Assembly: GCA_049320885.1 (NCBI GenBank)
Contig: JBMORA010000024.1
Location: 32,001-96,000 of the forward strand
Direction: 5' to 3'
From: Thermodesulfobacteriota bacterium
Lineage (GTDB): Bacteria > Desulfobacterota > Desulfobacteria > Desulfobacterales > SURF-7
DNA length: 64,000 nt
Below are positions 56,657 to 64,000 of this stretch, one piece after another; positions within the stretch are counted from its first letter, which is position 1; every line of letters starts with the position of its first letter. The position numbers and the translations under genes were made by a program. The notes under the pieces were generated by a model that worked only from the letters and a program-made list of their open reading frames with translations, was not told where the DNA came from and ran no database searches.

Positions 56657-59600
56657 TTGACCGGATTGCATACCACATCGTTCACGAGATCGAAAATTTT
56701 TTTCGACCGCCGGGATTACGAGCTTCTGGGGATCGTCAATCGCGTATTGCAAAAAGAAGCGGGGCATTTGGACTCGCAACAGATCTTCTATCCATACTGT
56801 CACCCCCACGGCATCAAGGAAATGGCCGAAACCAGGGGCCTGCGCTTCGCCTATGCCATCATCCGCCTCCTGGATTCCCTGGAGGTGGGCCAGATGGCCG
56901 ACCGGCTCAGCGCCCTCCGCTCGTTGCGAAACGAGATGCTGAGCAACGAGTCCAATACGTTTCAAATCAATACCGCGCGGGTTCTGCTGGAAATCATGAA
57001 GGCCCTGATCCGGGCCCACGGGGATGAAAAGCGGCAACTGGAATTGGCCCACGATTTCCGGGTGGCGGCGCTGGGCAAGCCCCGGATCGTCCGCGCCTTC
57101 CTGAAACAGTACCACCTGCTGGAAATGCCGGAGGAATGGACCCAGCTGGCCTTCGACGATCATGTGCACGATGCCAACACCAAGGGCCGCAAATCCCCCA
57201 CCCACCTGATCATGGACGCCTGGATCAAGGGCATCCGGAGGCTCCGGGTGATCTATTACAACCACGTGTGGCCCCACGTGGCGGCCGAATTGATGGAGGC
57301 CGCTGAAATCACCGGCATCACGGTGCGCATCGGCATCGAGTTCTCCACCCGCTTTTATGATCAGTTCGTCCAGCTGATCTGGGTGCCCCGCGGCTTTGCG
57401 GACGCCGACGATTTCATCGATTTCCTGAACCAGGACAAGGTGATGGAGCTCATGGCCGCCGGCCGCGAGGCCTCGCAATTCCAGCAACGGGCCGTGCTTG
57501 AGGTGCTGGCGGAAATCAACCGCCATCCCCTTGATATTCTCCTGTCGACCCACGATATCCAACTGCCCAGACTGGATCCGCAGCAATTTCTTCAATTCGT
57601 CGGGACCGGCCAGGCATCGCTGCTGCATCTGGCGGAATACATCCACATCACCCTGCTGCCCCTGATGAAAAAAAAGGTGGAGGAACTGCGCAGCCTTTAC
57701 GCCGGTTCCGATGCGGAGGAGCGCAAACGGATCAACGCCCGGGTCCGGGAACTCGACGCCCTGGACGCGGGGGTGATCCTGGAACATCTCCCCTGCGCCA
57801 CCGGACTGCATTCCCAGTTCGGCTGCGCGCCACCCGAAACCATGCCCATCCCGGCCATCATGGAGCTCTCCCCCTGCCGGCTCATCGACCGCCTGGCCGA
57901 ACTGCATTCCGGCTACCGGATCACCATGAACCTCACCGGCGTCCGCGGCGAGGACGTCCTTGAAATTCTGTATGAATGCGGCGGCCGTATCACCAGGCTG
58001 GAGACCTTCAATCTGAAAAATTTCGCCGCCGGCAAAAACGACCACATCGCCGTCATCTGCGACCTGCAAAAAGCCATGAATGACGGCAATGCCATGGCCC
58101 TGAAACGCCTGATCAATGATTTCATCAAAAACGGAAGCCACCTTCCGGCCCATAGAATCGCCAGACTGAAAGAAATCCGGAACGACATCGCCTCCCTGCG
58201 GGTCATGTACCGCATCCGGCCCCTGAAATCCAGAATCGGCAGCGATTCCACCGGCCGTTCCTCGCGGTTCCACGGCATGGGCCTGGCGGTGGTGGAAACC
58301 CTGCCGCGGCGCTCCCAGAGAAGCATCCGGAAAGAAAAAGCATCCCTGCGCCAAATCATTCCCATTCATGTGGATACCTATCCCCGCACGGTGTATCTCC
58401 CCCGGGAGGATTTAAGCCAGCGGCGGCGTCATTTCTGGGACAATCTCCGCCATATACCCGGAGTGCTGCAGCTACGGTATCGCCGCCGGCGGGAGTGGGT
58501 GGCGGTGGAGCAATCCACCCGGATGTCCGAACTGGGAAATATCGTCACTCTCGGGCACTTGCCCATGCGGTCCTCGAATGCCCTGGCGGCGGATCTGTCA
58601 CGTCCCGTCCTGCGGCAGCAACGGCCCTCGCTGCGCTATCTCAATTCCAATCTGAAAAACATCATCAAGGTGCTGGTGGGCTTCGTTCCGGCCTTCGCCA
58701 CCTTTTTCGCCTCCTATGACTGGTGGCTGCTCGCCTATTTCGGGGCCTTCATCTGGTTCGGCATCACCGGCTTGCGCAACATCATCCAGTCCGTGCTGGG
58801 CGGCCGGGGAATCCGGCAATCCAATCTGCTGCGCTGGAACGATTTCGTCAGCTGGGACCGGCTCACCGATTCCCTCCTCTACACCGGTTTTTCCGTGCCC
58901 CTGCTGGACTTTTTCATCAAAAAACTGGTGCTGGCCGAAGGATTCGACATCACCACCACCACCAATCCGGCCCTGCTGTATGCCTGCATGGCCCTGGCCA
59001 ACGGGATTTATCTCACCAGCCACAATCTCTTCCGCGGATTGCAGAAAGAGGCCGCCGCCGCCAATTTCTTCCGCAGCATTTTTTCCATACCCATCGCCTT
59101 TGCCTTCAATACGCTCATCGGCTGGCTGCTTTCCTCCTCCGGTGTGGCCGATGTCAACGGGATCCTGCAGAATTGGGCCGCGGTGATTTCCAAGGCCGCA
59201 TCCGACACAGTGGCCGGCATTATCGAGGGCGCCGCGGACCGGGCCCAGAATATCCGCTTCCGCCTGGCCGACTATCAATCCAAAATCCGCCAGTTTTTCG
59301 ATTTGTTCGAACAACTGGAGATTCATTTCACGGAAACCAGCGTGGATGAAATCCTGGATGACCCCGGCCGCTGGCTGACGCCGTCCAACCCCAAGGAAGG
59401 GGAATTGTTGAAAATCATGTTTATCAACGGGCTGGATCTATTGTATTTCTGGATGTATCAGCCCCGGGCCCGAACGGCCTTCCGCCAGATTCTCCGCCGC
59501 ATGTCGAAGGAAGAGAGAAATCTCTTGATCCGTTCCCAGTTTGTCCTCAAAATGGAACGGGAAATCAGCCTGCTCCTGATCGACGGTATCATCGGCCGCG

Positions 59601-59710
59601 ATTTTTCCCGCGCCCTGTCCTTCTATCTGACCTGCGAGCGGGACTATCTCGCCTCCCTGGAGCGACTGGAACATAAACTCTCGCATACCCCGGTTGGATC
59701 ACCGGATTGA
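56657..59710 (+). CDS. Large uncharacterised protein: PHP-like fold plus C-terminal multi-TM domain
   Basis: TTG start; DDHVHD...G.KSP, GIEFS, IGSDS motifs; several hydrophobic helices in the last third. Confidence 0.75.
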   Translation: MTGLHTTSFTRSKIFFDRRDYELLGIVNRVLQKEAGHLDSQQIFYPYCHPHGIKEMAETRGLRFAYAIIRLLDSLEVGQMADRLSALRSLRNEMLSNESNTFQINTARVLLEIMKALIRAHGDEKRQLELAHDFRVAALGKPRIVRAFLKQYHLLEMPEEWTQLAFDDHVHDANTKGRKSPTHLIMDAWIKGIRRLRVIYYNHVWPHVAAELMEAAEITGITVRIGIEFSTRFYDQFVQLIWVPRGFADADDFIDFLNQDKVMELMAAGREASQFQQRAVLEVLAEINRHPLDILLSTHDIQLPRLDPQQFLQFVGTGQASLLHLAEYIHITLLPLMKKKVEELRSLYAGSDAEERKRINARVRELDALDAGVILEHLPCATGLHSQFGCAPPETMPIPAIMELSPCRLIDRLAELHSGYRITMNLTGVRGEDVLEILYECGGRITRLETFNLKNFAAGKNDHIAVICDLQKAMNDGNAMALKRLINDFIKNGSHLPAHRIARLKEIRNDIASLRVMYRIRPLKSRIGSDSTGRSSRFHGMGLAVVETLPRRSQRSIRKEKASLRQIIPIHVDTYPRTVYLPREDLSQRRRHFWDNLRHIPGVLQLRYRRRREWVAVEQSTRMSELGNIVTLGHLPMRSSNALAADLSRPVLRQQRPSLRYLNSNLKNIIKVLVGFVPAFATFFASYDWWLLAYFGAFIWFGITGLRNIIQSVLGGRGIRQSNLLRWNDFVSWDRLTDSLLYTGFSVPLLDFFIKKLVLAEGFDITTTTNPALLYACMALANGIYLTSHNLFRGLQKEAAAANFFRSIFSIPIAFAFNTLIGWLLSSSGVADVNGILQNWAAVISKAASDTVAGIIEGAADRAQNIRFRLADYQSKIRQFFDLFEQLEIHFTETSVDEILDDPGRWLTPSNPKEGELLKIMFINGLDLLYFWMYQPRARTAFRQILRRMSKEERNLLIRSQFVLKMEREISLLLIDGIIGRDFSRALSFYLTCERDYLASLERLEHKLSHTPVGSPD

Positions 59711-59814
59711 AAGCCGGCCGTCTGATCCCGCCCCCGCGGGAATCCATCCGCTGACGCTGGAGGGTGACCGCCGGCTCGGCCGTTTGTAAACCCCTGAACC
59801 CGCGCAGGTGCCGC

Positions 59815-62697
59815 ATGAAGCGATTTCGTTTTCCGTGGTTCCTGTTGACCGTTTGCCTCCTTCCGTTTCCGGCTCATGCCGGCGTTACCGACATCGGCGT
59901 GGCCCATGACGCCCGGGTGGCGGAAGGATACCCCGCCGCCAATTACGGGGGCCGGACCAATATGCTTGTGGCCAGTGCCACGGGCAAGTATAAGAATGAA
60001 CGCGCCTTGCTGGTCTTCGATCTCCATGGACACCTGCCCCCCGGCGCGGTCATCACCTCCGCCCGGTTGCGGCTGTATTGTTTTCAATCGGATTCCCGCG
60101 ACGACATGCCCACGGCGGTTCACGGCTGCAACGATGTCTCCTGGGCCGAGTCAGCCGTCACCTGGAACAGCCAACCGGCTTTGGGCGGTGAATTGAGCCG
60201 CATCACCCTTACGGCCGGCGAAGAAGAACGCTGGTTCGAATGGGATGTCACCGCTTTCGTTCAATCCCGCTGGTCCGGCGCCCCACCCCGAAAAGTCGGC
60301 TTGACGGTCAAGGCCGTCATCGAGGGACAGGAGCCCTGGCGGACCTACCGGTTCGACGCCAGGGAATTTTCAACCTCCCTGGCCCCCCGCCTGCGCATCA
60401 CTTACAGGGGCGAATGGCCCGCGGGAAAAGGGCTCACCATATTTCACATGAACGACGCCCATTCCCGCTTGCTGCCGCATGAATTCGATCTGCCCGAAAC
60501 CGATGATTCCGCAGTGTTTGAAAAAGCGGGCGGCGCAGCCTGTCTCGCGACACGGCTGCTTGGGCTGAAAACGGCAAATCCGGACTCCCTGGTTTTGGAC
60601 GCCGGGGATATTTCCGAAGGCAGTCCCCTGGGAGATCTGCGCGGCAACGGCGGCATGGTGGCTTTTTACAATCTCCTGCATGGAAAATTAAAGGCCATGG
60701 GCGGCCGGGGCATCGACGCCGTGGCGGTGGGAAACCACGATGTCCGTTCCATGGAAATGCTCGCCAACCTGAAAAAAAACGCCGCGTTTCCGATCATTTC
60801 CCTGAATGTCTGTCACAAGGGCACCCGGACCCCCTATTTCGCCCCCCATGTCATTGTCACGGTCAACGGCGCGAGGGTCGGCATCCTCGGTTTCACCAAC
60901 GATGAATCCTCCTTTCCGGGGCCGGACGCCGACCCGGTCGTCGACATCGTCAAATGCGCCTGGGAGGATGCCGATCCTGCCACCATCGATATCAAAGAGC
61001 ATGTCCGCAACCTGCGGGAAAGGGAAAACTGCGCCGTGGTGGTGATGCTGGCGCATACCGGCCACCGGCGCCTGGTGGCCGGAGAAACGGATGGATCCGC
61101 CCCTGCCCTGATCGCCGATACCGGCGGGGTACTCCCGCCGGAAGTGGTCATCTCCGGTCACTGGCACGCCTGGACCGACACGGTCTGGCAGCCGGCCCAT
61201 CTGGACGGCAAGACCATCATCGCCGAGGCTGCCGCCTATATGCAGTACATCGGCGAACTGGAAGTCACCGGTTACGGCAAATATATCCGGGCCGCCAAGC
61301 ATCCCATCCGCAACGCCCCGATTATACCGGATGCGGATGTCGGAAACCTGCTCGCAGCCTTGCGAGCGGAATACAATGCCGGAAATCCGGCCCACGCCCT
61401 GGACGAGGTGATCGGTTATTCCTCGGTGGACCTGACCCTGGACAAGGACAAGTGGTGGACGGTCAGTGAATATCCCTGGAGCGCCGTTAATACGGCCGGC
61501 GCCTGGATTTGCGATGCCATGCAATGGAAGGCCGCCGGTCTGGGGTTTCCGGCGGACCTGGCGATCCAGTCCGGCGGCGGCATCCGCCGGGATGTGCCGG
61601 CCGGACCCGTCACCTACGGTCAAATCTACGAGACCTATCCCTGGCGGGATGACAACATGGTGCGCATCCAGATGACCGGCAGCCAGATCCGGGACTTCCT
61701 GGAAGATAAGAATTGCGGGGCCTCGATCTCCAGGGGCTGGGTGGTGCGGGCCCATGACGGCGGGATCACCGCCGTCACCCATCAGGGCAATCCCATCGAC
61801 CCTGCGGGCACCTACAATGTGGTGATCAGTGAATACATGCAGGCCCATGAAATGGGCGGCCATTCCACCGATCCCGCACCCGAAGACCTGCGGTACGCCA
61901 TCCGGGAGGCGGTGGTGGACTACACAGCAAGGCATGGGAAAGGAGGCACCCCCCTGAGCGTTTCCGGGCCCCGCTATCTCCTGAACACCGAATTCGCCGG
62001 CGGATTCCGGGCGGTGGTCACCATGACCGCCGATGGGGAGCGGGAGCCGTATTTCGAAGCGGTCTTTATCCGGCTGCTGGATGCGTCGCCCGACACCCTG
62101 GCCCGCCGGAACCAATACGGTCTGCACGGTCTGGTGCGACACGACGGCTCCATCAACCCGGCGGCCCGGTTCTCCGAAACCATGCTCCATCGCGGTCATC
62201 TCGGATTCAAGGACGGCCTGCTGCGGCCCGGGGATATCATCGAAATCCGCGGCGAAGGCGGCTTTCATGCCGGCAATCCCCGGTTCGTGGACCAGGAAGG
62301 CATTGCCGACGCCGGCAATGAAATGCGCATCATCGGTCGGGATCCCACCTTGTCCCTGCCGGAATACCATGCAACCATCGCTTCCTTCTGGGACGAATGG
62401 CATGAAAATCACTACGTGAAATTCTATGCGGAAAAGACCGGCGCCACAACGGTCAGGGATGCGGCGGGGACCCGGATCATCCTGTTTCAACCGGACGGTT
62501 ATGATGAAATGACGGCGCCCGGCGAGGTGGGCGGACTGCTGGAAATCACCGGCGTCAACACCCAGTGGTTCTCGGATCGCCGTTTCCGCTGTCACACCGC
62601 GACGAAGGTGCCGGAGACCGGCATCATCGGCTATCCGCCCTATTCCTCGTTGGATGCCGTGGGCCGTAAGTTCGCACCGCGAGTTTCTGATCCCTGA
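59815..62697 (+). CDS. Exported 5'-nucleotidase-family metallophosphoesterase with N-terminal DNRLRE/CBM96-like domain
   Basis: Signal MKRFRF...AHA; DA.V...P..NYG...L.FDL...W.E..VTWN.QP domain; NDAH, DAGD, GNHD, LAH.G, SGHWH; GGIR...G.VT...YP C-domain. Confidence 0.88.
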   Translation: MKRFRFPWFLLTVCLLPFPAHAGVTDIGVAHDARVAEGYPAANYGGRTNMLVASATGKYKNERALLVFDLHGHLPPGAVITSARLRLYCFQSDSRDDMPTAVHGCNDVSWAESAVTWNSQPALGGELSRITLTAGEEERWFEWDVTAFVQSRWSGAPPRKVGLTVKAVIEGQEPWRTYRFDAREFSTSLAPRLRITYRGEWPAGKGLTIFHMNDAHSRLLPHEFDLPETDDSAVFEKAGGAACLATRLLGLKTANPDSLVLDAGDISEGSPLGDLRGNGGMVAFYNLLHGKLKAMGGRGIDAVAVGNHDVRSMEMLANLKKNAAFPIISLNVCHKGTRTPYFAPHVIVTVNGARVGILGFTNDESSFPGPDADPVVDIVKCAWEDADPATIDIKEHVRNLRERENCAVVVMLAHTGHRRLVAGETDGSAPALIADTGGVLPPEVVISGHWHAWTDTVWQPAHLDGKTIIAEAAAYMQYIGELEVTGYGKYIRAAKHPIRNAPIIPDADVGNLLAALRAEYNAGNPAHALDEVIGYSSVDLTLDKDKWWTVSEYPWSAVNTAGAWICDAMQWKAAGLGFPADLAIQSGGGIRRDVPAGPVTYGQIYETYPWRDDNMVRIQMTGSQIRDFLEDKNCGASISRGWVVRAHDGGITAVTHQGNPIDPAGTYNVVISEYMQAHEMGGHSTDPAPEDLRYAIREAVVDYTARHGKGGTPLSVSGPRYLLNTEFAGGFRAVVTMTADGEREPYFEAVFIRLLDASPDTLARRNQYGLHGLVRHDGSINPAARFSETMLHRGHLGFKDGLLRPGDIIEIRGEGGFHAGNPRFVDQEGIADAGNEMRIIGRDPTLSLPEYHATIASFWDEWHENHYVKFYAEKTGATTVRDAAGTRIILFQPDGYDEMTAPGEVGGLLEITGVNTQWFSDRRFRCHTATKVPETGIIGYPPYSSLDAVGRKFAPRVSDP

Positions 62698-62745
62698 CGA
62701 TCACGGCCGGAGACAGCCCCAGGTAGCGGCTTTTTGACGTCGGCT

Positions 62746-63960
62746 TCAGACGATTTCGCTCAACCCGTTGCTCCACTGGCAGGCTTGCAGATACAGGGAC
62801 GGCAGGCGGTCCTCGGAAACGCTGAGCTTGGCGCACAGGGAGGGAACGGTTTGCCAGCCGCCTTTTTCGTATTCCACGGCCAGTCTCAGAAATCCGGCCA
62901 GGACGCCTTTGCGCCACACCAGGGCGTCCCGGATCTCCTCGGTCAGGGGGATCTGCTTCATGACCACTTCCATGGGCCGGTCGAGAATGGCGTCAATCCG
63001 GGAAAACAGCCCCAGCAGAAACAGGTCGCCCTGCGCTGCGCCGCCGGTGCTGATAGCGCCCAGCATTTCACAGAATTTGGCCCGGATGCAGGAGGAACGG
63101 ATGAGTTCCTCGGGTTTTTCCGAAGCCACCTCGGACAGGGCGATGAGCGACACGAAGCGCCGGATTTCATCCGAGCCGATGTAGAAAAGCGCCTCCTTGA
63201 TGCTGGTGATGGCCTGGCGTCGCTTGAAAAAAGCGGAATTGATATAGCGCAGCAGTTTGAAGGACAAGGACACATCCCGGGTGATCAGGGCCTCCACCTG
63301 CATGAAATCGAATTCCCGGCGGTTTACCTCGGCCATGAGCTGCAGGAGGGTCATCTGGATCCCCGGGATCTCCCGGCCCTGGATGATTTCCGGTTTGGAG
63401 AAAAAATAGCCCTGGAACAGCTCAAAACCCATTTCCAGGGCCTTGTCGAATTCCTGATGGGTTTCGACCTTTTCCGCCAGCAAGCGGATGCGCCGGACCG
63501 GCAGCTGGCGCAGGTATTGCCGGATCACCTCTTCCGGCGTTGACCGGAAGTCGATCTTGATGATGCTTGCCAGGGAGATCAGGACTTCCATCCCGGGCTG
63601 GAGGACGAAATCGTCCAGGGCCAGAACATATCCCTTTTCCGCCATGTTCCGACAGGCGGCGATGACGCCCTCCTCCGGCCGGACAGTCTCCAGGATTTCC
63701 ACCACCGTCACCTGCTGCGGAAACAGCAGGGGCAGTTCGTTGACCAGCAGGTTCGCGGTGAAATTGATGAAGGCCTGTTTTCCGCCGGTGATCTGCTCGA
63801 TGCCGATGGTGAAAAACGTACTGGACAGGAGCTTGGACGTGGCCGTGTCCCCGTCCAGACCGGAAAAATAATTGTCCAGGCCGTTGCGAAACAGAAGTTC
63901 ATAGGCTGCCACGTTTTTCTGTTTGTCGAAAATGGGCTGACGGGCGAGAAATGCATCCAT
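62746..63960 (-). CDS. EAL + HDOD domain c-di-GMP signalling protein (YuxH/PdeH family)
   Basis: ARQPI, YELLFR, FINF, VEILE, ALDDF, IKID, AEKVE, FQGYFFSKP; HDOD LS.KLLRYINS...GLFS.IDA. Confidence 0.93.
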   Translation of the reverse strand: MDAFLARQPIFDKQKNVAAYELLFRNGLDNYFSGLDGDTATSKLLSSTFFTIGIEQITGGKQAFINFTANLLVNELPLLFPQQVTVVEILETVRPEEGVIAACRNMAEKGYVLALDDFVLQPGMEVLISLASIIKIDFRSTPEEVIRQYLRQLPVRRIRLLAEKVETHQEFDKALEMGFELFQGYFFSKPEIIQGREIPGIQMTLLQLMAEVNRREFDFMQVEALITRDVSLSFKLLRYINSAFFKRRQAITSIKEALFYIGSDEIRRFVSLIALSEVASEKPEELIRSSCIRAKFCEMLGAISTGGAAQGDLFLLGLFSRIDAILDRPMEVVMKQIPLTEEIRDALVWRKGVLAGFLRLAVEYEKGGWQTVPSLCAKLSVSEDRLPSLYLQACQWSNGLSEIV

Positions 63961-64000
63961 GCGGAGAACTTTCCAATGAGAGGTTGCCGATGCCTTGCAG

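Noticed and set aside
1..64000. CRISPR arrays, tRNA/rRNA, IS elements, integrases, T6SS structural genes
   Set aside because: None recognised by eye or in the ORF track; short RNAs could have been missed without covariance searches.

Overview
A 64-kb GC-rich chromosomal segment, most likely from a Desulfobacterota (deltaproteobacterial) anaerobe; this is inferred from gene content, not proven. I found no rRNA, tRNA, CRISPR array or transposase. Left to right: (1) tail of an OleD-like reductase, a PAS/HD-GYP phosphodiesterase and a DHH-CBS protein; (2) a four-gene minor-pilin cluster whose PilX-like member carries a large adhesin-like body; (3) a TetR-headed operon for a xanthine-oxidase-family molybdoenzyme, with a NuoG-N/NuoE fusion and NuoF NAD module, XdhC and MocA-HD. 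It has unusual details: a CODH-like Arg-Cys active-site loop and a C2H2 zinc finger on the 2Fe-2S subunit; (4) a hybrid kinase, SDR, ADP-forming acyl-CoA synthetase and OmpA protein; (5) an AT-richer, sigma54-controlled corrinoid methyltransferase cassette ending in a gene remnant; (6) PP2C-like, MauE/DoxX and rhodanese genes and a sigma54-driven MCP; (7) the most striking locus, a minus-strand cluster of a small exported protein, a ~3700-aa multidomain exported protein, a signal-peptide-bearing Rhs toxin with a Zn-phospholipase-C/Het-C-type tip, and two paralogous AT-rich immunity candidates, divergent from a membrane Ser/Thr kinase, with no T6SS genes in the window; (8) a degenerate PHP-fold membrane protein, an exported 5'-nucleotidase and an EAL-HDOD protein. 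All calls come from motif reading; no searches were run.
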